Assembly (NCBI GenBank): GCA_963664405.1
Contig: OY761158.1
Span: 1,024,001-1,088,000 of the forward strand
DNA length: 64,000 nucleotides
Direction of reading: 5' to 3'
From: Thermoanaerobaculia bacterium
Lineage (GTDB): Bacteria > Acidobacteriota > Thermoanaerobaculia > Multivoradales > Multivoraceae
The translations under genes and the position numbers were made by a program. The notes beneath the pieces are model-generated. The model was given only the letters and a program-made list of their open reading frames with translations. It did not search any database and was not told the origin of the DNA. Positions 48,607 to 58,070 of this stretch are shown piece after piece. Positions within the stretch are counted from its first letter, which is position 1. Every line of letters begins with the position of its first letter.

Positions 48607-49629
48607 ATGAGCCAACGAAGCCGCCTGCTGGCACTGGGGGGCGCGGCAACCGTGGTGATACTGACGGCGCCTCTCGCACTCGCAGAGTCGAAGGACCTGC
48701 CCTCGGCACGGACACCGTGGGGTGATCCCAACCTGGGTGGGATCTGGGCCAGCTCCACCTACACGCCCCTCGAGCGTCCCGACCATTTCGCCGGTCGTGC
48801 GCTCCTCTCCGAAGAGGAGCTCGCCAAGTTGAACGAATTGGTGATGGCGGAGGGTGTCGATCCACTGCGAGCAGGGGGTGTCCTCGCCGCCGCGGACGAG
48901 GAGGAGCGACTCGCACGGACACAGCAGTCAAAAGACAACATCCATTACGACAACGCGGTTTGGCTGACCGAAGGACGGCGGAAGAAGTTCTCGAGCCTCC
49001 GAACCTCTCTGATCGTCGACCCCCCGGACGGCAAGGTGCCTCCCCTCACCCCTGCGGCCGCTGAGCGCGCCGCCGAGCGCAAGAAGATGGCGTCCTTCGA
49101 CAGCTACGAGAATCGTCCACTGAATGAACGCTGCCTGGTCTGGCGGCACGAAGGGCCGCCGATGATGCCCCCTGTCTACAACGACCTGCTACAGATTATC
49201 CAGACCGAGGATCACATCGTTCTATTGCCAGAGATGAACGACAACGGTCCCAGAATCGTACCAATCGATGGTCCCCAACAGCTCAGTGCGCAGCCGCGAG
49301 GCTGGCGCGGCTACTCGCGCGGGCACTGGGAAGGCGACACTCTGGTCGTCGAAACGGCCGGCTTCAACGCTAAGAACCCCTTCTACGGCTCGAGCGAATC
49401 GTTGCACGTGGTCGAGCGCTTCACCCCTCTTGGCGGCGGGTCGATGCGCTACGAATTCACGGTCGACGACCCCGAGACCTGGACACGGCCGTGGAGTGTC
49501 GAGTTCCCGCTAACCAAACGAGACGGTCCTCTCTATGAGTATGCCTGTCACGAGGGCAACCGCGACCTCGCCTACATTCTCGCGGCGGCACGCAAGCTCG
49601 AGAAGGAGGCGGCGGAGAGCTCGGAGTAG
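48607..49629 (+). CDS. Uncharacterised secreted protein, 'EYACHEGN' family (paralog 3)
   Basis: RTPWGDPNL.GIW, TPLERP, RTSLIVDPPDG, WEGDTLVVET, YEYACHEGN. Confidence 0.8.
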   Translation: MSQRSRLLALGGAATVVILTAPLALAESKDLPSARTPWGDPNLGGIWASSTYTPLERPDHFAGRALLSEEELAKLNELVMAEGVDPLRAGGVLAAADEEERLARTQQSKDNIHYDNAVWLTEGRRKKFSSLRTSLIVDPPDGKVPPLTPAAAERAAERKKMASFDSYENRPLNERCLVWRHEGPPMMPPVYNDLLQIIQTEDHIVLLPEMNDNGPRIVPIDGPQQLSAQPRGWRGYSRGHWEGDTLVVETAGFNAKNPFYGSSESLHVVERFTPLGGGSMRYEFTVDDPETWTRPWSVEFPLTKRDGPLYEYACHEGNRDLAYILAAARKLEKEAAESSE

Positions 49630-49680
49630 GGAGCAGGCGTGATCGTGCTCAAGGCTGCCGGTGCCTCCGATTCCTGAGTC

Positions 49681-51285
49681 CTACTTGGGAAGCTTTACTC
49701 CTGCGGCAACCCTGTCCCAACAGTGATCGCCAACTCCGGTGGCGCGGATCTCCGCCTTTTGGATGCGCTGCGTCGCTTGCGTCTTGGGAAGCTCCTCGAC
49801 CTGCTCGATGTAGCGAGGAATCGCGAAACGCGGCATCCGTGGGATCAGGAATTCGACGATCGACTGGGGGTCGATCTCCATACCTGGCTTCATGACGACC
49901 GCGATCTTGACCTCGTCCTCCCCTACTTCGGAGGGCACCGAGACGGCGGCGCTCTCGACGATGTCGGGGTGAGCGTTTACACAATTCTCCACTTCGAAGC
50001 TCGAAATGTTCTCGCCGCGCCGGCGAATGTAGTCCTTCGCTCGGTCGACGAAATAGAGATTGCCCTCTTGATCGCATGTGAAGGTATCGCCGGTGTGGAA
50101 CCAGCCGTTGCGCCAGGCCTCCGCCGTCTCATCGGGCATGCCCCAGTAGCCGGCATTCAGAGTCCATGGCTCACCACGCACGATCAGCTCACCCGGGGTG
50201 TCGACAGGAACCTCCATATCGTGCTCATCGACGATTCGCACCTCGACGCCGGCCCTGGGGCGGCCGCAACTGCGGAAGGTCTCGTTCGAGACCGGGCGGT
50301 CGCCACTGGTTACCGGGCTGTTGATCTCGGTCATATTGAAGACCGTGTTCACCTCGACCCCGAATCTCCGGCAGAAGGCGTCGACGTCCGGGAGAACCGG
50401 CACCATGAGAACGTATTTCAGAGGGTTGTCACGATCGTCCTCGGCCGGCGGCTGAGACGCAAGGAACTGGGCCATCGGCCCTAGAATGACTCCCTCGGTG
50501 CATCCGTAGCTCCTGACATCTTGCCAGTAGTCCCGGGTCGAGAAGACCTCCCGAACCACCACGCTGCCGCGAGTCTTGGCGGCCCGGCATAGAGGGCCCT
50601 TGCCGGTGATGTGGTACGGCGGGTACGGCGCATAGTGCACTCCCCTCGGCCGATCCGAGCCGAACTCGACACTCATCAGGCTCTCGAGCTGCCCCCACGG
50701 CACCATCACCGCTTTCGAGGCGCCGGTGGTCCCTGAAGTGAAGATCAGGGCAGCGATATCCCACCGCTGCGGGCCCGGGCGGGGAAGCGCCTCGGCCCCG
50801 TCCAGAAACTCTTCGCCAGTCATCGTCCGACAAGGCAGCTGCGGCAACCGCTGCGCGTCACCGTTGAACACGACCACCAGCTCGACGTCGCCCAGGGCAT
50901 CCGCGATCTCGACGAGTGGATCGACGAATCGAGCGTCGACCAGAAGATGGCGGGTGCCCGTCAGCTTGATCGGGTGAGTCAGCCAGGTTCCCTTATAGGA
51001 AGTATTGATCGGTGCTTCGATCGCACCGAGCCAGCCGCAGCCGATCCACGACAGCGTAGCTTCGAAGCCGTTCGGGAACATGGTGACGACAGGTTCGCCG
51101 GCGACGACACCTTGCCGCTCCAGGGCGTTCGCCCATCTCAGAGATTCAGTAGCCAGCTCCTCCCAGTTCATCGACCTGCCATCGACGTGCTGCACCGCCA
51201 CCGCCTCCGGTGACGCAGCAGCGTTCTGAGCGACGAGCTGTGGAAGGAAGGTCTCTTCGGTCATGACGGATTCTCCCACTGCCAC
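49681..51285 (-). CDS. ATP-dependent acyl-CoA ligase (CaiC-like)
   Basis: FTSGTTG.SK, F.MTE, WFHTGD, FVDR.KD.IRRRGENISS.EVE, LPKT...IQK. Confidence 0.9.
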   Translation of the reverse strand: MAVGESVMTEETFLPQLVAQNAAASPEAVAVQHVDGRSMNWEELATESLRWANALERQGVVAGEPVVTMFPNGFEATLSWIGCGWLGAIEAPINTSYKGTWLTHPIKLTGTRHLLVDARFVDPLVEIADALGDVELVVVFNGDAQRLPQLPCRTMTGEEFLDGAEALPRPGPQRWDIAALIFTSGTTGASKAVMVPWGQLESLMSVEFGSDRPRGVHYAPYPPYHITGKGPLCRAAKTRGSVVVREVFSTRDYWQDVRSYGCTEGVILGPMAQFLASQPPAEDDRDNPLKYVLMVPVLPDVDAFCRRFGVEVNTVFNMTEINSPVTSGDRPVSNETFRSCGRPRAGVEVRIVDEHDMEVPVDTPGELIVRGEPWTLNAGYWGMPDETAEAWRNGWFHTGDTFTCDQEGNLYFVDRAKDYIRRRGENISSFEVENCVNAHPDIVESAAVSVPSEVGEDEVKIAVVMKPGMEIDPQSIVEFLIPRMPRFAIPRYIEQVEELPKTQATQRIQKAEIRATGVGDHCWDRVAAGVKLPK

Positions 51286-51313
51286 CCTTTCAAGTTCGGC
51301 ATCCTATCTGTAA

Positions 51314-51480
51314 CTAGACCAGCGTTTCCAAAGTCGCGCTACAATAGCTCGCGGTCATTCTGTTCGCTGGCAAGGCGCGCCGACGTAGGCATATTGGGGA
51401 ATATGTCGAGGAGGCGCAACGCCGCCAGCGGGGCAGAACGGGCCGAGATATGTAGCGCTACTTTGGAAACGCTGGTCTAG
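51314..51480. mobile_element. 167 bp MITE-like element with perfect 21 bp TIRs
   Basis: CTAGACCAGCGTTTCCAAAGT ... ACTTTGGAAACGCTGGTCTAG; internal pairing continues; core CAAGGCGCG..GAC..AGGCATATT..AATATGTCGAGGAGGCGCAACGC. Confidence 0.85.
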
Positions 51481-51524
51481 CCCCAGCCCGAACCTCGTCT
51501 CCCTCCGCTTCTACATGTTTCAGT

Positions 51525-51977
51525 ATGATGCAACGGACCCTGATGTTGATCCTCGTTCTCATCGGTGCGTTGATGATCGCTGTGACGGTCGTCCTCCACG
51601 CCGTTGGCACCACCGCCTGGGTGCGCCACCTGGTTCGACGACACGGCCGTTCAGACGGTTCCTGGCGGCCGGCGGCCATCTATTGGGTCATGATCTCGAC
51701 CGCCCTTGTGATGCTGCTACTGCACATTGCCGAGGTCGTGCTCTGGGCCACGGCCTATTGGACCTTTGTTCCCGATGAGTTGGAGAGCTTCGAAGAAGCG
51801 ACCTACTTCTCCTTTGTGACCTTTACCAGCCTCGGCTACGGCGACATCACGCTCAGCTCAAAGTGGCGGTTGCTCAGCGGTATCGAGGCTCTAAACGGGA
51901 TCTTGCTCGCGGGGTTCAGCACCGCGCTTCTCTTCGGGGTTCTGGCGCGCGCCTGGGACACCAAGAAAGAGGGATAG
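51525..51977 (+). CDS. Potassium channel family protein (Ion_trans_2)
   Basis: YFS..TFTSLGYGD selectivity-filter motif, W.LL..IEA.NG. Confidence 0.88.
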   Translation: MMQRTLMLILVLIGALMIAVTVVLHAVGTTAWVRHLVRRHGRSDGSWRPAAIYWVMISTALVMLLLHIAEVVLWATAYWTFVPDELESFEEATYFSFVTFTSLGYGDITLSSKWRLLSGIEALNGILLAGFSTALLFGVLARAWDTKKEG

Positions 51978-52008
51978 CATGACCGCCCGAGAGTAGAGGA
52001 GCACGACC

Positions 52009-53094
52009 ATGACCGAGAACCGAACCACCGCCGACCCGCAGTTCCTGAACAACGCCATGACGTCGTTCATCCAGATCGGCAGTGTGCTGCTGCTACTGAG
52101 CTGGTGCTTCAGGATCATTTCCCCCTTCGTCAACGTAGTCGCCTGGGGTCTCATCATCTCGGTCGCCATCTACCCCTTGCACCTCAAGCTCGGCGGAGCT
52201 CTGGGCGGCCGCATGAAGACATCGGCCGCGATCATCGTCCTGATCGGACTGGCGAGTCTACTGATCCCGGCCTGGGCTGTGGCCGGCTCGACCGTCGACT
52301 CTCTCTCGAACGTCGTCGACGATCTCAAGGATGGGAGTGTCTCTGTGCCACCGCCATCGGAGAAGGTCAAGGACTGGCCAGTGTTGGGAGACCGTGCTTT
52401 CGAGCTATGGAGCGACGCAGCCACCAACCTACAAACAGTGCTGAATCGATTCAAAGAGCCGCTCATCGCCATCGGCGGACTGATATTTGGTTTGGTGGCA
52501 CACGGGGCGACCACCGTACTGCAATTCGTCCTCTCGATCCTGATTGCCGGTGCCTTCCTTCTCAATGCCGAGAATGGCTACAAAGCTACCTGCAGGGTCG
52601 CGAAACGTCTTGCCGGTGGAAAAGGTCAGGCACTCACCGACCTCAGTGTTGCGACCGTTCGCAGTGTTGCCAAGGGCGTACTCGGGGTCGCTATCATTCA
52701 GTGTGTCCTCGCACTGCTCTTGCTGATGCTCTGGAAAGTGCCGGCGGCCGGAGTCTGGGCCGGACTGGTGCTGGTCGTGGCCATTGTTCAGCTACCCCCG
52801 ATCGTGATCCTCGGACCGGTGGCGATCTACGTCTTCTCGACGGCTGAGCCACTCTCGGGGACGGTCTTTCTGGTCCTCGCGTTTGTCGTCAGCTTCTCCG
52901 ACACGGTTCTCAAGCCGCTCTTTCTCGGTCGCGGCATGGAAACGCCGATGCTGGTGATCCTCATCGGCGCCATCGGCGGCGCCATCGTCTCCGGCATCAT
53001 CGGCCTTTTCGTCGGCGCCATAATCCTCGCCCTGGGGTATGAGATTTTCAGGGCCTGGATCGAGCTCGACGAGCCCCCCGCGATGACGGACTAG
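52009..53094 (+). CDS. AI-2E family transporter
   Basis: PF.....WG.I..VA.YP, PPP...VK.WP..G, D..LKP...GRG...PM.VI.IGAIGG. Confidence 0.88.
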   Translation: MTENRTTADPQFLNNAMTSFIQIGSVLLLLSWCFRIISPFVNVVAWGLIISVAIYPLHLKLGGALGGRMKTSAAIIVLIGLASLLIPAWAVAGSTVDSLSNVVDDLKDGSVSVPPPSEKVKDWPVLGDRAFELWSDAATNLQTVLNRFKEPLIAIGGLIFGLVAHGATTVLQFVLSILIAGAFLLNAENGYKATCRVAKRLAGGKGQALTDLSVATVRSVAKGVLGVAIIQCVLALLLLMLWKVPAAGVWAGLVLVVAIVQLPPIVILGPVAIYVFSTAEPLSGTVFLVLAFVVSFSDTVLKPLFLGRGMETPMLVILIGAIGGAIVSGIIGLFVGAIILALGYEIFRAWIELDEPPAMTD

Positions 53095-53146
53095 TTAGAG
53101 CCGATCCGAGAGAGACGAAGCCGGCGTTGAACAGAAGGATCGACGA

Positions 53147-54689
53147 GTGAGATCGACGGTCGTCGCCCTCTCTGTCTTGGCCCTGACCGCCTGCGCGACG
53201 GTGGGACCGGACTTCGTGTCGCCGACAGCAGACCTGAGCCCGGAGTGGCTCGAAGCGGACGCGGGATTCGAGGCCACTCCCGAGGAGCTCGTCGAGTGGT
53301 GGCGCATCTTCGAGGACCCGATTCTCGACAACCTCATCGATATTGCCCGCCGAGAGAACAACGACATCAAGATCGCCGGCCTGCGAGTCCTCGAGGCCCA
53401 GGCGCAGCTCGGGGTCGCCATCGGAGGGAAGTACCCCCAACAGCAATTCGTCGCCGCTGACGCCACCGCACTTCAATCGAGCGAGAACAACGCCAACACC
53501 GGCGGCGGCGGCGGCGACCTGGTCTTCACTCAGTACAACCTGGGTGCCGGCGTGGCATGGGAGATCGACTTCTGGGGCCGCTATCGCCGCGGCGTCGAGT
53601 CCGCCGACGCGAGCCTGCTGTCCTCGATCGCGACCTTCAACGATGCCCTGGTGCTCGTCACAGCTCTTGTCGCTGACATCTACACGGTCATCCGCACCAC
53701 CGAAGAGCAGCTTCACATCACCCAAGACAACGTGAGCTTGCAGCAACGAAGCTATGACATGGTCGAGGTGCTCTATCGGAACGGCGAGGCTTCCGAGCTC
53801 GATGCCCTCCAGGCACGCACTCTCCTTCTTGGCACGGAGGCGAGCATCCCGGCGCTCAAGATCACCCTGCGCCAGGCCAAGCACTCGCTCGCGACGCTCC
53901 TCGGTCGCTCCAATATGAATGTCGACGAGTTGCTCGGCGGCGACGGCCTGCTGCCGGAAGTGCCACCGCACATCGCCGTCGGCATCCCAGCCGACCTGCT
54001 GCGCCAACGACCGGACGTGCGCCAGGCAGAGGCAGGCGATGGCGCTCAACGCTTTGGTGGGTGTGGCGCAGGCCGATCTCTATCCCAGCTTCAGTCTCTT
54101 CGGATCCCTCGGCCTATCGGCCTCCGACGGCACCAGTAGCCGCCGTGGCGACGGCGGCTTCTTCAGCACCGACAGCCTGACCTACTCCGTGGGCCCTTCT
54201 TTCGTCTGGCCCTTCTTCAACTACGGCCGAATCCGCAACAACATCCGGGTCCAGGACGCACGTCTGCAGCAGGCACTGGTGAATTATGTCGAGACCGTAA
54301 ACCAGGGGGTCAGAGAGGTCGAGGACGCACTCGTTGCCTTCGAGGGTAGCGAAGACCAAGACCTGATCCTGAGGGAGGCCGTCGAGGTGGCCCAGCGCTC
54401 CGCCGACCTCTCTGTGCTGCGCTATACCGAGGGCTTCGCTGACTACCAGCGCGTCCTCGACTCCCAGCAGCGGCTGTTCTCTCAGCAGCAGCGCTTCGCT
54501 TCGAACCGTGGCGCGGCGATCAGAAGTCTGATTCTGCTCTATCGCGCCCTTGGGGGTGGCTGGCAGACGCGCACCGACGAGGATTTCGTCGACGAAGGTG
54601 CACGGCGCACCATGACGGAACGTACCAACTGGGGCGACCTCCTCGAGGAGAAAGAGCCGGACCCGCAAGATAGCCCCCAGGCCAAATGA
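53147..54689 (+). pseudogene. Efflux outer-membrane (TolC/NodT) lipoprotein, frameshifted near 54030
   Basis: LTAC.VGPDF, WW..F.DP.L, WE.DFWGR, P.DLLR.RPD.R.AE in one frame; A..GVA.ADLYP.F.L, LY.ALGGGW in another; could be a sequencing error. Confidence 0.8.
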
Positions 54690-54715
54690 ACAACCTCTGA
54701 TCGACGGAAGACGAC

Positions 54716-55933
54716 ATGAGCGAAGAACAAAACGACGGTGCCGAGACTCCAACCGCGCAGGACTCGGAGGCTCCAACGAGCCCCAGCGACGAGGAACCCG
54801 GGACGGACACTTCGGGAGAGTCGGAGTCAGAGGCCCCCGCCGCCGCCAAAGAGACCAAAAAGCCAGCAGACCCGGTTCGACGATGGACCTTGCTCGTGCT
54901 CCTCCTTGCCGTCGTCCTACTCACCTGGTACGTCGCATCGGACCGCCTGACGCCTTTTACCTCCCAAGCCCGAGTCCACGCACTCGTCGTGCCCGTAGCC
55001 TCTGAGGTCTCCGGCACCATCATCGACGTCTCGGTCTCCAACAACCAAGCGGTCGAACCTGGGCAGGAGCTCTTTCGGATCGACACCAGCCGCTATCAAC
55101 TCGCCGTCGAGACCGCCGAGGCCAACCTGCAGAAGGCCCGTCAAACAACCGGCGCCTCGACAGAATCAGTCAACGCTGCGCCCGCCAATGTCGGTGCCGC
55201 CGAAGCGAGCCTCCACCGCGCGGAACAGGACGCTCTCCGAATGCGGCGTATCAAGGAGGAAGACGCCGGCGCGATCTCCGAGCGGCGCATTCAATCAGCC
55301 GAAGCAACCTGGGAGATCGCCAAGGCGCAAGTGGAAGCGGCCGAGGCCAATCTCAAAAAAGCGATCGCCGACCTCGGCTCGGCGGGAGAAGACAACGCAG
55401 CCATTCTCCAAGCCCAGGCGGCGCTAGACCAGGAGCAGGTCAATCTGGATCGTACGGTCATCGTTGCTCCGGCCCGCGGGGTCGTGACCGACGTACGCCT
55501 CGACCGCGGTAGCTTCGCTGCCGCCGGGGCACCGCAGCTCACCTTTGTGGCCACCCACGATCTGTGGATCCAGGCCGACTTCACCGAGAACAACCTCGGC
55601 CACATCAAACCAGGCAACACCGTCGAGATCGTTTTCGACGCTCTCCCGGGTAAAGTCTTTGCCGGGACGGTACGAAGCCAGGGGTACGGAGTCGAGGTGC
55701 AGTCGACTCCACTCGGGAGCCTCCCCACCGTCGACAACGACCGTAGCTGGCTGCGGACGGCGCAGCGCTTTCCAGTGCTCGTCGACTTCGAGGTCTCGGA
55801 CAGCGCCGAGCGCTCGGGGATGCGAATCGGTGCGCAAGCCTCGGTGCGGGTCTACGCCAGTGACAGCGAGCTCCTCAACAGCATCGGCCGTTTCTACATG
55901 AAGGCTCTCAGCTACATGACCTATGCCTACTGA
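54716..55933 (+). CDS. HlyD family secretion protein
   Basis: DR.TP.T.QARV, VSG....V.V..NQ.V..G..LF.ID, WI.A.F.ENNL, W.R.AQRFPV. Confidence 0.88.
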   Translation: MSEEQNDGAETPTAQDSEAPTSPSDEEPGTDTSGESESEAPAAAKETKKPADPVRRWTLLVLLLAVVLLTWYVASDRLTPFTSQARVHALVVPVASEVSGTIIDVSVSNNQAVEPGQELFRIDTSRYQLAVETAEANLQKARQTTGASTESVNAAPANVGAAEASLHRAEQDALRMRRIKEEDAGAISERRIQSAEATWEIAKAQVEAAEANLKKAIADLGSAGEDNAAILQAQAALDQEQVNLDRTVIVAPARGVVTDVRLDRGSFAAAGAPQLTFVATHDLWIQADFTENNLGHIKPGNTVEIVFDALPGKVFAGTVRSQGYGVEVQSTPLGSLPTVDNDRSWLRTAQRFPVLVDFEVSDSAERSGMRIGAQASVRVYASDSELLNSIGRFYMKALSYMTYAY

Positions 55934-57014
55934 GGTCGGCTTCGCGACGCTCATGTCGGCGCCGGCCACGGATCGGCGCAAGGACATCGCCAGCGTCCGT
56001 ATCCTTCGACTTGCCCTCGGCACCGGGCTCTGTCTTTGGTTCAGCCAGGCCTTCGCCTGGGATCTCTCTTTCGTCGCTCCGGTCTTCACCATGATGGTCC
56101 TTTCTCTACCCCTCCCGCCTCTGCCGCTGCAGGCGAATCTCAAGTTCGTCGTCGTCCTGATGCTGACGGCGTTTGCCGGGGTTGCGCTGCTCCCTCTGCT
56201 CATGCACGCCAGGGCGGCGGGCGTCCTAGTTCTGGCACTGGCGCTCTTCGCGAGCTTCTATTACACCGCTCGCGGCGGCTCGATGCTCGTCGGCACTTTC
56301 GCCACGGTCGGGCTCGGTCTTTCGACCGCCATCGGCTCGGTTTCGGTGGATGCTGTTTTCATCATCATCAAAGCTCTCTTCATTGCCTGCGTCGTCGGAT
56401 TGACCTTCGCGCGACTGGCCCACGCCTTCCTGCCAGACTCCTCGGCCAGGCCGCCAGCTCTGGCAGCGGCCGCAGCACCGCCCACTCCCCCGCCGCCTCT
56501 GTCTCTCAAAGCCGCTCGCAGTAGCGCTCTGCGCTCGCTTTGCATCGTACTGCCGATCTCGCTCTGGTTTTTGTTCTCCGCAGCCAGTGCCAGCTTCTTC
56601 GTCGTCATGATCAAGGTTGCGCAGATGGGCCAACAATCGTCGGTTGCCGACGCGCGGCAGGCGGCCAAGTCCTTTCTCGCTTCTACCCTCATCGGCGGCA
56701 TTGCAGCTACGATCGCCTGGCAGGTGCTCAGGATCTGGCCGAATGTGGTTCTCTACAGTCTGCTCGTCGCCCTGGCAGGCCTGGTGATGGGACCCAGAAT
56801 CTTCGCGGGTCGAGCCATGCACCCGATGGCCGCCACCTGGTCCTACGGCTACGTGACCATGCTCATCGTCTTAGCTCCGGCGGTGCTCGACAATTCGGGC
56901 GACGACGCCGGCTCCCTTTTCACCACTCGTCTGCTGATCTTTGTTGGAGCGACGATTTACGGAGTTGTCGCCGTCCGGGTCTACGACGCATTCCGCCCGC
57001 CGAGCGCAGGGTGA
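55923..57014 (+). CDS. DUF2955/FUSC-like membrane protein
   Basis: R.LRLA.GT, W..SF.APV, multiple TM helices; directly follows HlyD. Confidence 0.75.
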   Translation: MPTEVGFATLMSAPATDRRKDIASVRILRLALGTGLCLWFSQAFAWDLSFVAPVFTMMVLSLPLPPLPLQANLKFVVVLMLTAFAGVALLPLLMHARAAGVLVLALALFASFYYTARGGSMLVGTFATVGLGLSTAIGSVSVDAVFIIIKALFIACVVGLTFARLAHAFLPDSSARPPALAAAAAPPTPPPPLSLKAARSSALRSLCIVLPISLWFLFSAASASFFVVMIKVAQMGQQSSVADARQAAKSFLASTLIGGIAATIAWQVLRIWPNVVLYSLLVALAGLVMGPRIFAGRAMHPMAATWSYGYVTMLIVLAPAVLDNSGDDAGSLFTTRLLIFVGATIYGVVAVRVYDAFRPPSAG

Positions 57015-57045
57015 AGTCCCGGCGACCGAGCTCGCGCGCAGACCC

Positions 57046-57081
57046 AAAAAAAACGGGGAGAGATCTCCTGATCCCTCCCCG
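57046..57081 (-). terminator. Rho-independent terminator of the cysteine hydrolase gene
   Basis: Minus strand CGGGGAG-loop-CTCCCCG followed by T8. Confidence 0.75.
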
Positions 57082-57126
57082 CCGGACCTCAGTGCTTTCG
57101 CACCCGAGGCGCTAAGCTGAACGCCC

Positions 57127-57870
57127 TTAGGGTGCTGCCTTGATATTCGCGGTTGCTTCGGCCGTCGACCAAGTAGCGTTGGCGAGGAAGCGGAAATTGG
57201 TGAGCGCGGCGGCGTAGCCGTCGAGCTCAGGTGTCTGCGCAGCCGCTGTGGCATCGGTCACCACCGCAATCTCGAAGCCCTGCTCGAGAAGCTCGCGAAG
57301 ATGCGACTCGGTGCAGAGGTTTGCCGACATGCCACCGAGAATGACCTTGTCTATTCCGCGCTTGCGCAACTGCAGGACGAGGTCGTTGGTCTCAGGCCCG
57401 TAAACCTTGTGTGGGCTCACCACCACCGTCTTGCCGTCTTCGATCAAGGGCCGGTAGCGCTCGAGCCAGTCGGCGCCGGATCCCTTGAAGCCGTCCATGC
57501 TGAGAGCGCCGGTCCGATCAAACATGTTGACGGCATGCATCATGGTCTCGACCGCTCCACCGAACTTCCACCCGTCATCGGTCGGAAAGTAGTAATGGGG
57601 CGAAATGAAGACCGGGATGCCGACACTCTTCGCCGTCGTCATCAGACTCTCGATGTTCTCGACCGTCTTGTTAGCAGTCACACTAGCGCCGACCAGGCCC
57701 CAGGTTACGCCTTCGGGACTGAGAAAATCGTTCTGCGGATCGGTGATCACGACTGCCGTGTGTGCTCTGTCGACCGCCATACCGGGGTCGGGAAGCTGCG
57801 CGTGAGCACTCATTGCCACCACGAAGCCTCCGATGAGGGCCACGTTCCAAATTGTCCTTGTTCTTCTCAT
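57127..57870 (-). CDS. Isochorismatase-family cysteine hydrolase, exported
   Basis: AAGGAGG RBS; TDPQNDF, SPHK, GMSANLC.ESH.R, DATA. Confidence 0.9.
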   Translation of the reverse strand: MRRTRTIWNVALIGGFVVAMSAHAQLPDPGMAVDRAHTAVVITDPQNDFLSPEGVTWGLVGASVTANKTVENIESLMTTAKSVGIPVFISPHYYFPTDDGWKFGGAVETMMHAVNMFDRTGALSMDGFKGSGADWLERYRPLIEDGKTVVVSPHKVYGPETNDLVLQLRKRGIDKVILGGMSANLCTESHLRELLEQGFEIAVVTDATAAAQTPELDGYAAALTNFRFLANATWSTAEATANIKAAP

Positions 57871-57964
57871 CTCTTCTATCTCCTCCTTGAGGGTTTTCTG
57901 TCGCTTTCTGACGGCGACCGTTGCCGACAACTAACTCTCACCGAATGCATGTGTCAAGTGATCT

Positions 57965-58013
57965 CTAAAGTGGGTAGTGGCTCAGTTTCAAACTGAGCCA
58001 CTACCCTAAAGTG
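57965..58013. mobile_element. Collapsed IS footprint: fused 16 bp TIRs with 8 bp target-site duplication
   Basis: CTAAAGTG-GGTAGTGGCTCAGTTT-C-AAACTGAGCCACTACC-CTAAAGTG. Confidence 0.75.
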
Positions 58014-58070
58014 TGCTTTTTCGTCCAGACACGGTTGATCGCCGACTCCGGCGAAGATACGATCCCGCGA

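Noticed and set aside
54020-54045. Programmed frameshift in the TolC-like gene
   Set aside because: No slippery heptamer or stimulatory structure seen; a small deletion or sequencing error is more likely
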